From: Gemmatimonadales bacterium | GTDB lineage: Bacteria > Gemmatimonadota > Gemmatimonadetes > Gemmatimonadales > GWC2-71-9 | NCBI GenBank assembly: GCA_041577295.1 | Contig: JBFGJG010000056.1 | Location: 1 to 24,781 of the forward strand | Direction: 5' to 3' | DNA length: 24,781 nucleotides | Shown: piece by piece, positions 1 to 7,961 of the stretch | Layout of the letters: every line of letters begins with the position of its first letter | Numbering within the stretch: position 1 is the first letter of the stretch | The notes under the pieces: generated by a model | Database searches by the model: none | The model's input: the letters and a program-made list of their open reading frames with translations, nothing else | What the model was told of the DNA's origin: nothing | Translations under genes and position numbers: made by a program

Positions 1-1
1 A

Positions 2-214
2 GTTATTGTACAAAAGTACCTTAGCGAATTGGCAAGATCCTGGGGGCAGGTCGCTCTCAAACGGCGGATGGAGCGAGACGAAAAGCTCCTGGCCATCAGC
101 GTCGCCGACTTCGAAAGCGGCATGGAGTGGAAGCAGCCTGGTCTCGAAGTCGAGACTCGGCACCGCCACCGTTGCGAAGTCAGCCTTCGGCGTTTCGGAA
201 AAGCGGCCCCCTGA
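2..214 (+). CDS. Possible 3' end of a hypothetical protein (5'-truncated by window edge)
   Basis: Frame of ORF 29..214 is open back to base 2 (VIVQKYLSELARSWGQ...FGKAAP*); no recognisable motif. Confidence 0.35.
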   Translation, partial: VIVQKYLSELARSWGQVALKRRMERDEKLLAISVADFESGMEWKQPGLEVETRHRHRCEVSLRRFGKAAP

Positions 215-321
215 CAGGCCGTTCTTCTCATCACTCGTGGCTCCCGTTACACTCTCATGACCGCTATACTCGCAGCAACGGACGGGCAGTCCTGGATAGT
301 CGAGGTATCTGAGGTGCCGCA

Positions 322-675
322 ATGATCAAGATAATGACCGCACCCGAACTCAGATCGTTAATGGATCGCGGTGAGGACTTCGTTCTCGTAAACGTCCTTG
401 ACGAGGAGTCCTTTGCGAAGGAGCGCATTCATGGCTCATACAACGTGCGGCAGAGTCGGGATGACTTTGTAAATGCGGTAGAAGAGATCGCAGGTGGAAA
501 AAATCGGCCAGTCGTGGTCTACTGTGCGAACAAGATCTGTCAGGCGTCGCCAAAGGCCGCGATAAACCTCGAGCGGGCCGGCTTTACCGACGTCACGGAC
601 TTCGAGGGGGGGATGGCTGAGTGGAAGGAGGCAGGCTACGAAGTGGAGACCGGGAACCCATCTTCCATTTCTTAG
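322..675 (+). CDS. Single-domain rhodanese (sulfurtransferase)-like protein
   Basis: RBS GAGGTG at 311-316. Rhodanese hallmarks: RIHGS, active-site loop VVVYCANKICQAS, C-terminal FEGGMAEWKEAGY. Confidence 0.88.
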   Translation: MIKIMTAPELRSLMDRGEDFVLVNVLDEESFAKERIHGSYNVRQSRDDFVNAVEEIAGGKNRPVVVYCANKICQASPKAAINLERAGFTDVTDFEGGMAEWKEAGYEVETGNPSSIS

Positions 676-1876
676 CGAGCTCGATGACACGATCCACATC
701 GGCATCGTTGTTGTACAAGTGGAGTGAAAATCTGAGCACGCCCCGGCGAATCGAAAGCTGCACCTGATGTTCAGTTAAGTGCTGATACAGATCGTTCATA
801 GCCGGGTCCTCCGCTGTGTAATGCCTTCCACCGCCGGACGTGCCAACCGCGACCATGTGAGCGAGATCGGAGCCAGGCCCACCGCCACCTACGGGCATGC
901 CTTCGGAGAGTAGACCCTCCGCAAGGCGGCGTGCCAACCCACGTACATACCGCTCGATCTCGCGGGTTCCGATTCCCACGAGGATCTCGAGCGACGCGTC
1001 GATAGCCGTGGCCGCCAGGTAGTTGTAATTGCCGAGATCGAAGCGCCGTGCTCCGGGCCGCAGCCGCAGCCGATCCGGATTCATTGCCGTCTCATGAGCG
1101 TCGGCACCGAGGTCCACACTGAAGCGGGCGAGGTAGGTAGGACTGAGCCGTTCGGCCCAATCACGTCTGCAGTAGAGAAATCCCATTCCGTAGAAGCCCA
1201 AGAGTCCCTTCTGTGTCGCGACAGCCAGTGCGTCTGCGCCAATCGCCTCTACGTCAGTGTGCATGACGCCGATCGACTGAGCCGCATCTACGAGCAAGAA
1301 CACACCACGCGTTCGGCACGCGTCCGCCAGCGGCCGAATGGGTGTCAAAAAGCCAGGGGAGAACGAGACCGAGGGGACCGTGACCAACCGAGTACGCGCA
1401 TCGATTGTGTCGATCATGCGGTCGATGGGTATCCGCCCCTCACGAGAGGGAATGGCGCGCAATTCCACGCCGTATCTGCGACGCACGTTGAGCCAGGGAT
1501 ACACGTTGTTCGGATGCTCGAGCTCGGGGCAGTAGACGAGGTTATCGCCCGGTGACCAGGATAGTCCGGCCGCCACGATGTTGAGTCCCTCGGACGTGTT
1601 CTTCGTAATCGCAATCTCATCAGGGTGAGCCCCCACAAAAGCTGCGAAGCGCTCCCGCACTCGCTCGACCGTGAGTAGCATGTCACCCTTGCTGTCGAGC
1701 CCTGCCAAATGCGCATCGAGATAGCGCTCGACCGCCTCCCGGACCTGCGTGGCCAACAGGCCACGAACTCCCACGTTCATGTACGTGCACTGAGACGCGC
1801 CCGGGAACAAGCGGCGGGCGTTACCAACCGTGGCTCCAGGTTTGGGCTCCGCGGGGAACTGGCTATCGTGCTCCAC
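593..1876 (-). CDS. Class V-fold PLP-dependent enzyme (aminotransferase V / C-S lyase-like), no desulfurase catalytic Cys loop
   Basis: Motifs TKNTSEGLN, LEHPNN, VDAAQS, ATQK (PLP Lys), LRFSLHLYN. Start placed at GTG 1876, preceded by GGAGAGG and overlapping the symporter stop. Confidence 0.88.
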   Translation of the reverse strand: MEHDSQFPAEPKPGATVGNARRLFPGASQCTYMNVGVRGLLATQVREAVERYLDAHLAGLDSKGDMLLTVERVRERFAAFVGAHPDEIAITKNTSEGLNIVAAGLSWSPGDNLVYCPELEHPNNVYPWLNVRRRYGVELRAIPSREGRIPIDRMIDTIDARTRLVTVPSVSFSPGFLTPIRPLADACRTRGVFLLVDAAQSIGVMHTDVEAIGADALAVATQKGLLGFYGMGFLYCRRDWAERLSPTYLARFSVDLGADAHETAMNPDRLRLRPGARRFDLGNYNYLAATAIDASLEILVGIGTREIERYVRGLARRLAEGLLSEGMPVGGGGPGSDLAHMVAVGTSGGGRHYTAEDPAMNDLYQHLTEHQVQLSIRRGVLRFSLHLYNNDADVDRVIELAKKWKMGSRSPLRSLPPSTQPSPPRSP

Positions 1877-3077
1877 GCCGAGCCTCTCCGCGGGCCACGA
1901 TAGCGGTCCCGACCAGATCACCCATGACGTTCACCGTCGTATTACCCATGTCGATCAATCGATAAATCCCACCCACGATCACAGCGATCTCGAGCGGTAA
2001 CTGGAAAGCCTCCACGAATATCAGCGCGATCACGAGCCCACCCCCCGGTATCCCTCCCGATCCGGCGGACAAGAGCAAGCCCATCAGCACAACGGTGACG
2101 AACGCACTACCGGTCACGCTCACGCCCGCGGCCTGTGCGGTGATCAGCAGGACCCCAACGAGCATGATCGCCGTTCCATCTTTGTTGATCTGTGCGCCAA
2201 GCGGAAGCGTGAACGCGTAGATGCTCTTCGGGATACGCAGACGCTCTTCCGCAAGCTCGAACGCAACTACCATGCTTGCCAGGCTGCTACACGTCGCCGT
2301 GGTCGTGGCGTAAAGAGGCCCCGTGAGCTTGAGGAAACGCAAGGGTGAAGAACGCGCAGCGGTCGACAGCAAGATCATGTACACGAGAACCATGGCCACC
2401 TGCGCACCCCACACACCCACGACGAAAACCGCCAGCGGCCCAAAGAGCGCCGAGCCGTAACGGCCAACTGTTGTGGCGGCGAGGGCCCCGATCCCAAACG
2501 GTGCCACGAAGAGGATCATGTCGACGAGCTTGCGCAGTACAGCAGCAAGGTCGTCAAATGTCGTCCGCAGTGGAGCACGGCGCTCAGCGGGGAGTGCAAC
2601 CGTTGCGACGCCGAGCAGTACCGAGAAGACAACGATCTGCACGAGATCGCCGGCTGCAAGGGCACGGACGACGTTGTCCGGTATGAGGCTGAGGAACACC
2701 TGCACCATCGAGGGGGCCTCGACCAGCGTTGTGTCAACGTCTTCGGACAGCTGGAGACCTACTCCTGGCTTGAGTAGGGACATCGTTACGATGCCAAGTG
2801 TGAGCGCGACGATGGTGGTCCCGATGAAGTACGCGAGGATCTTGCCGCCGACTCGACCGAGGGCGCGCACATCCTCGAGGCTCGCGATGCCAGCCAAGAG
2901 GTTGAACAGCACCAAGGGAATGGCCGCCATTATCAGGAGCTGGATGAACAGGTCACCCAGCGGTTCGACGACCGTAGCGCGTTCGCCCAGCAGCAGTCCA
3001 GCCACCGCGCCTATCACCATGAAAATCAAGATCTTGGTGCCGAGGGACATGCGCCGGAGTCGAACGGGTGGCGTCAT
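1863..3077 (-). CDS. Dicarboxylate/amino acid:cation symporter (DAACS, GltP/GltPh family)
   Basis: Multi-TM protein with LGDLFIQLLIM, IPDN, APFGI, TCSS (HP1), LPLGAQINKDGT (TM7), GGIPGGG (HP2), DMGNTTVNVMGD (TM8). Alternative start ATG 3050. Confidence 0.93.
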   Translation of the reverse strand: MTPPVRLRRMSLGTKILIFMVIGAVAGLLLGERATVVEPLGDLFIQLLIMAAIPLVLFNLLAGIASLEDVRALGRVGGKILAYFIGTTIVALTLGIVTMSLLKPGVGLQLSEDVDTTLVEAPSMVQVFLSLIPDNVVRALAAGDLVQIVVFSVLLGVATVALPAERRAPLRTTFDDLAAVLRKLVDMILFVAPFGIGALAATTVGRYGSALFGPLAVFVVGVWGAQVAMVLVYMILLSTAARSSPLRFLKLTGPLYATTTATCSSLASMVVAFELAEERLRIPKSIYAFTLPLGAQINKDGTAIMLVGVLLITAQAAGVSVTGSAFVTVVLMGLLLSAGSGGIPGGGLVIALIFVEAFQLPLEIAVIVGGIYRLIDMGNTTVNVMGDLVGTAIVARGEARRGAR

Positions 3078-3208
3078 GGCGAGAATGTAAGCCTGGCGGA
3101 AGCGACCGACAGCAATTTCTCGTTCCCCGTCAGAAAATGGATCTTTGGCGCGTTAGAGATCCGGGGTCGACAACGGGTCGGCCTGGCAATCAGCGTCATG
3201 AGGTGACT

Positions 3209-3730
3209 ATGAAAACCGTTTCAGTTCTATACATGTCGGCAGCAATCGTGCTTCTCAGTGGCACTTCGCCGGAAGCCGCGGTTGGTCAAGCCGCCGTTCC
3301 CGGTACACGAGGCACCGCGATCACTGCGGGATTCGGCGACGCTTACGGAGGCTTTGGCGTCGGTCTCGAGCAGTACTTCCTCGGAAGTCGAGTATCCGGT
3401 GTAGTCGGCGGAGGGTTTGTCCCCGCGACTACCGACGGCAATCCGCAGACGGGGGCGCTCGCAGCAGCGGTGCGGGGCTATGCAGGTGGGAGCCGACACC
3501 GGGGATTTGTGGAGGCATCGGTTTCTCTGGTGGCCGTCAGTTGGACGAGAGCCGGGGGGCAATTACTCGACTTTCAGCGACACTATGGCCCTGGCCTTTC
3601 GTTCGGTTATCAATACACGGCAATGGGCGGGTTCTCGGTGGTTGCGGGTGCAGGCGCCGGTTGGGCATTTGGAGCGAATCGACTCGAGCCCATCGGAAGC
3701 CTGGGCTTCGGCTACACGTGGCGACGGTAG
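3209..3730 (+). CDS. Putative small outer-membrane beta-barrel protein
   Basis: RBS GAGGTG at 3200-3205, ATG 3209. Signal-peptide-like N-terminus, about 8 Gly/aromatic-rich amphipathic strands, C-terminal SLGFGYTW resembling a BAM beta-signal. Confidence 0.65.
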   Translation: MKTVSVLYMSAAIVLLSGTSPEAAVGQAAVPGTRGTAITAGFGDAYGGFGVGLEQYFLGSRVSGVVGGGFVPATTDGNPQTGALAAAVRGYAGGSRHRGFVEASVSLVAVSWTRAGGQLLDFQRHYGPGLSFGYQYTAMGGFSVVAGAGAGWAFGANRLEPIGSLGFGYTWRR

Positions 3731-3790
3731 CGTTCGCCAATGCGAAAGGCATACATCGATCTCATCGACCACCAGAGCCCGCCGTGATGC

Positions 3791-5086
3791 TCACAGCATA
3801 CCTCTCAGCACGTGGACGACGCGGTCGACTTCTTCCAGTGTGTTATAGATGTGAGGGCTCAATCGGACGCCCTCGAACTCGCCGCTCATCGGTGCGCCTG
3901 CGATTCCGTGCTCGTGGTACAGCACGTCGAACAGCTCTCGTGGATCTCCACGCGGTGGCCGAAAAACGACCACGCCGGCAGTCAGCTCACGAGCGTGCGG
4001 AGTGTAAAAGACAACGTTCGGGATGTGGCGCGACAATTGTTCCTTGATAGCCGTCGCGAGCTGATGGACTCTGGCCTCGATCCGCTCGGGGCCGATGCTT
4101 ACGTGCATGGCGGTTGCCGCACTCACCGCGGCGACCGTTGCATCGTTCCGTTGGCCGAGGTTCTCGAACTTCTCTGCTCCACGCTGTAGCGCGCGCTCCC
4201 AACCCACACCCACGTCGCTGGCCCACAACTCACCAACGCGCTCCTTTCGGACGTAGAGAACACCGGCTTCCTTCGGGCCGACGAACCACTTGTGAGTGCT
4301 CGCCGTGTAGAAATCACAACCGAGATTGGCGAGATCGAGCCGTAATGCCCCGAAAGCCTGCGCGCCATCGACGAGCGTCAATGCACGGCGCTCGCGGGCG
4401 AGCGCACACAGCTCATCCACCGGGAGGGCCACGCCCGATACATTCGAAACGTGGCTGAACGCCAGCACTCGGGTCCGGCTGGTCAACGCCTTCCGGAAGG
4501 GTACGATGAGATCGTTTTTGCTCGTCACCGTGTGCGGCGTCGAGACCCGACGTACGGTGAAACCAGCACGCTGGGCACGAACATCCCATGCAATGTTGGT
4601 CGTCGGATGGTTCTGATCCCATAGCACCACCTCGTCGCCCGGTCTCAGGTCGATCCCGTTCACCACAGTGTTGTTGCCCTCGCTCGTGTTCCGAGTGATC
4701 GCGATTTCCTGCGGCTCGACTCCTAGGTAGCGCGCGAGACCCGTGCGTGCCTCCTCACGCAAGCGGTCGAACTTTGCGCGGTTTTGAAAGGATGCGTCCG
4801 CATCGATGTCCCGCGTGTAACGCGCCACGGCGTCGAGGACGACGTACGGCGCTGGACACAAGTTCGCAGCATTCATCAGTACGAGGTCTGAGCGAATTGG
4901 GAACTGACTCTTCACCATGACCCAAAACGCTTCGTCTCCGGTGTTCTGCGGTTCGAGCTGCCCCAGCACATCGTCGAGGGACGAAACCGCCCGCAACGGT
5001 CTCGGGGATATCAAGGGCCAGGCTGCGACCCCGGCCAAACCCCCAAAGGCGCGGTGGATGAACTTGCGGCGATCGGAGGAGATCAT
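3791..5086 (-). CDS. Tat-exported class V PLP-dependent enzyme (isopenicillin N epimerase / C-S lyase-like)
   Basis: Twin-arginine signal SDRRKF plus hydrophobic stretch. Motifs TRNTSEG, QNHPT, SHVSNVSG, VDGAQ, STHKW (PLP Lys), VRLSPHIYN. Confidence 0.88.
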   Translation of the reverse strand: MISSDRRKFIHRAFGGLAGVAAWPLISPRPLRAVSSLDDVLGQLEPQNTGDEAFWVMVKSQFPIRSDLVLMNAANLCPAPYVVLDAVARYTRDIDADASFQNRAKFDRLREEARTGLARYLGVEPQEIAITRNTSEGNNTVVNGIDLRPGDEVVLWDQNHPTTNIAWDVRAQRAGFTVRRVSTPHTVTSKNDLIVPFRKALTSRTRVLAFSHVSNVSGVALPVDELCALARERRALTLVDGAQAFGALRLDLANLGCDFYTASTHKWFVGPKEAGVLYVRKERVGELWASDVGVGWERALQRGAEKFENLGQRNDATVAAVSAATAMHVSIGPERIEARVHQLATAIKEQLSRHIPNVVFYTPHARELTAGVVVFRPPRGDPRELFDVLYHEHGIAGAPMSGEFEGVRLSPHIYNTLEEVDRVVHVLRGML

Positions 5087-5227
5087 GTGACGCTCGCTCT
5101 TGGAGGGAACTCTGTTGGAAGAGCTTGCCTAGGGAGCCTGAGACGCTAAGATGAGGTTCGCCGACGATTCGCGCCAGGCGAGAGCTCGATTTTTTGATGC
5201 AACGTGGATAGGGAGGATCTTGGTACC

Positions 5228-5506
5228 ATGGAAGGTTATCAGATCCAGTCCATCATCGAGATGCTCATTGTGACCGGTGGCACCCTCACCGGCCTCTGGA
5301 TCGTCGCTCGAGCATGGTCGCATCGGCGCTCTCCCATCGCGCAAAAAGAGGTGGGACGGCTCACGGAGTCCGTGGAGAAAATGCAAGAGAGCGTGGATCA
5401 CATGCGCGAGGACCTCATGGACGTGTCCGAGCGGCTCGAGTTCACCGAACGCATGCTCGCGAGGCTAGGGGAGGAAGGGAAACCCCGCCAGCAACTCAAC
5501 CCGTGA
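5228..5506 (+). CDS. Small membrane-anchored coiled-coil hypothetical protein (PspB-like architecture)
   Basis: RBS GGGAGGA at 5211-5217, ATG 5228. One N-terminal TM helix, then heptad helix ending ERLEFTERML. Confidence 0.75.
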   Translation: MEGYQIQSIIEMLIVTGGTLTGLWIVARAWSHRRSPIAQKEVGRLTESVEKMQESVDHMREDLMDVSERLEFTERMLARLGEEGKPRQQLNP

Positions 5507-5544
5507 TTCACTTCGAGATCGAAAGACCGGGCGAGGGGACCCTT

Positions 5545-7389
5545 CTACGCGGCGTGCGGAGTCTCCAGCAGCGCTTCGATCTCCTGAATCGCCTCGGCGT
5601 GGGCCCGCGACGACTCGTCGATGCTCGTGACCAACCCCTCGATGAGCGCTCTAGCTGGATCGCTACGACTGGTTTCCGTCCGTAATCGCTGCAAGACCGC
5701 TATTCCGTGGAGAAACTTCTGCACGAGCCCGTCGCGAAGGCGTTCGGCGCGGATCAGACCATCCATCCAACGGACATCGGCTACATGCGTCTCGATGAGT
5801 GGAGAATCTTCGAGAAGTCCCAGGTGATCGTCTAGATCGGCGACATCCCTGGCGGCCTGACAACCGTGAAGCAATAAGGCGTCGATCTGCTCAGTTGGCA
5901 CCGGCGGATAGCGGGTTGCCTCGAGCGAGCGATAAGTGGGCACGGCGGCCCGCACGAGAGCCCCCAGGAGTCTGCGTGCCAAACCTGGTCTCATCTCGGC
6001 GAACGTTACCGCGATGCGTTGTTCGACCTCCGCAGGAAAGATCGGGTGCCGCCGAGGTGGCACGACGACCGGCTCCTGCAGCTTCTTTTGCGCTAGCAGG
6101 AGCAAGAGCACGGCAATGGGAGGACTCGTCCACAGGAGCAAAGGTGCTGTGCTACTCGCCATGGCACCAACCACCACCGTGGCCATCGCCAGCGCGAACA
6201 CCGGCAGTGGTGCAGAAGCCCAGGTCCAATTGGCGGCTGTGGCCTTGACCGGAATGCCCTGGCGCTCGAGCGTTGCCGCCACTCGCTGCGCCACCACGAG
6301 TGGTAGCCGCAGCAGTGCGCGGTGCCCGCCCGCAACTAACCTGCGCTCCGATGAGTGGACTCGACCGTGGAACATTGGCCCGAGCGCCGCTTCGATCTGC
6401 GATCTGTCATCGCGTGTGGCATTCGGCCTGACGAACAGGAGCGTGTCACTGCTATCGTGGGAAGTACCGCCGCAGCCGGGGCACAAGCCCACGCCAAACG
6501 GTTCCGGCTCGTCACAAATCAGGCATCGTTCGGCCGGTGCGTCGGTTGAGCGGCGAGCATTAGCCCTCTTGCTCAGCACATCGCTCAAGCTCTCGCCGGT
6601 CGGAAAGCGATTCTCGGGGTCCGCCCGGGTCGCTTCGGCGACGGCCACATCGAGCCATTCCGGCACGTCAGTGCAGACATCTCTCGGGCGAAAGCCGTCT
6701 GCCCGTGGTTGCGGTGCGGAGTAGGTGCTCGCGCCCTCTGGCAGTCGGCCCGTAAGCGCAAAGAACAAGGTGACTCCCAATGCATAGACGTCGCTGCGCG
6801 GATCGGCCCTGACGCCCCGGAGGATCTCTGGAGCGGTGTATTGAATGGTTCCGATGAGCCCAGTCGAGCGGGTCAAGGTATGGCCATCGATCCGTGCGGA
6901 ACCGAAGTCGACTAACCGAGGGGTCCCACCACTGTCGAGTAAGATGTTTTGCGGTTTGACATCGCGATGCAGAATTCCCAGCGCGTGAGCGGCACCCAAT
7001 GCGGCGGCTACACCGGCCCCGATCGTCGCGACCTCATCGGCGGGGACGGGTCCGTTGCCCGCCACCCGTTGGGCCAGGTTCTGTCCGTCGATCCGCTCCA
7101 TGACGATGTAGGTCCACGGCTCATTCACCCGAAAATCGAAGAGACGGACGATGTTGGGATGTGATACCCGACGCACCGCCCGGAACTCCCGCTCCATGCG
7201 AGCGCGGGCGATGTGCGCCGACGCTGGCGGTGGAACGAGAAGTTTGACCGCGATGTCGGCGTCGAGTGTCCGGTCCCGGCCTGCGTACACGACCGAGAAG
7301 CCTCCACGGCCAATCTCCGCGATCAGCTCATACCTGTCGTCGAGGACGGTTCCAACGGTTGGGAAGACGCCTGTTGGCATGGTAGTCAT
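5545..7389 (-). CDS. Hanks-type Ser/Thr protein kinase with zinc ribbon, TM hairpin and C-terminal helical domain
   Basis: Intact kinase motifs IGRGGFSVV, IAVK, HRDVKPQN, DFG, GTIQYTAPE, DVYALG. CxxC-x10-CxxC at about 6472-6525; hydrophobic hairpin at about 6090-6215. Confidence 0.93.
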   Translation of the reverse strand: MTTMPTGVFPTVGTVLDDRYELIAEIGRGGFSVVYAGRDRTLDADIAVKLLVPPPASAHIARARMEREFRAVRRVSHPNIVRLFDFRVNEPWTYIVMERIDGQNLAQRVAGNGPVPADEVATIGAGVAAALGAAHALGILHRDVKPQNILLDSGGTPRLVDFGSARIDGHTLTRSTGLIGTIQYTAPEILRGVRADPRSDVYALGVTLFFALTGRLPEGASTYSAPQPRADGFRPRDVCTDVPEWLDVAVAEATRADPENRFPTGESLSDVLSKRANARRSTDAPAERCLICDEPEPFGVGLCPGCGGTSHDSSDTLLFVRPNATRDDRSQIEAALGPMFHGRVHSSERRLVAGGHRALLRLPLVVAQRVAATLERQGIPVKATAANWTWASAPLPVFALAMATVVVGAMASSTAPLLLWTSPPIAVLLLLLAQKKLQEPVVVPPRRHPIFPAEVEQRIAVTFAEMRPGLARRLLGALVRAAVPTYRSLEATRYPPVPTEQIDALLLHGCQAARDVADLDDHLGLLEDSPLIETHVADVRWMDGLIRAERLRDGLVQKFLHGIAVLQRLRTETSRSDPARALIEGLVTSIDESSRAHAEAIQEIEALLETPHAA

Positions 7390-7961
7390 GAACCGTCCAT
7401 CTGGTCGAGCATGGACCGGGCGCTTCGCGTGAACCCGTCGTTGGTGTCGTAGAGGCGAAGGAACTCATAAAGGTACTCCTTGGCGGCACCATACCTCCCC
7501 AATTCGAACGCAGAAGCTCCAGCGTGGTAGAGAGCCTGATAGTGATTGGGCCAGAACTCGACGACGAGCTCCATGATCGGTCCGGCCGAGCGATCGTCTC
7601 CCATGTCGGCGATGGGGTGTCCGACGTCAAAGACGATGCCCGCAGCCTTCCACCGGTCATCTCCCGAAAGGTTTGCGATGATACTCCGTGCATGCCTGAT
7701 ATCGGCTGCGAGGGCGTAACACGCGGCGCTAAAGCCGGCACCCTCAAATGTCTCTGGCGGTGGAGCGCGACGGTGAGCGGTCTCGACCTCAAGCGTGTTG
7801 CAGTACGGTTTGATCGCCCTGAACCACTCCCAGGCGCTCGATCCTGGCCGCACGATCGTTGGAGCTGCGGTGTAGGATGCGTGAGTCGATGCCGGCCCGC
7901 GCCACCAAGCGTAACCGCACACGGCGAGATACAGGAAACCGATGAGGTAGACCGATCGCAC
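7386..7961 (-). CDS. Membrane-anchored TPR-like protein
   Basis: GTG 7961 with AGGAG upstream; N-terminal hydrophobic anchor VYLIGFLYLAVCGYAWW; TPR-like PNHYQALYHAGASAFELGRYGAAKEYLYEFLRLY; ATGA overlap with the kinase start. Confidence 0.78.
   Translation of the reverse strand: MRSVYLIGFLYLAVCGYAWWRGPASTHASYTAAPTIVRPGSSAWEWFRAIKPYCNTLEVETAHRRAPPPETFEGAGFSAACYALAADIRHARSIIANLSGDDRWKAAGIVFDVGHPIADMGDDRSAGPIMELVVEFWPNHYQALYHAGASAFELGRYGAAKEYLYEFLRLYDTNDGFTRSARSMLDQMDGS

Noticed and set aside
1877..1921. ORF-track N-terminal extension of the PLP enzyme (likewise starts 3068, 5204, 8072, 14265, 16907, 20343, 20379)
   Set aside because: Downstream starts have better RBS spacing or coupling overlaps, and several extensions overlap neighbouring genes.
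593..5086. Calling the two PLP enzymes cysteine desulfurases (sufS/iscS)
   Set aside because: Neither has the C-terminal catalytic Cys loop, and no Fe-S assembly genes are nearby.
5936..6724. 262-aa + strand ORF
   Set aside because: Antisense shadow of the kinase in GC-rich DNA; no motifs.
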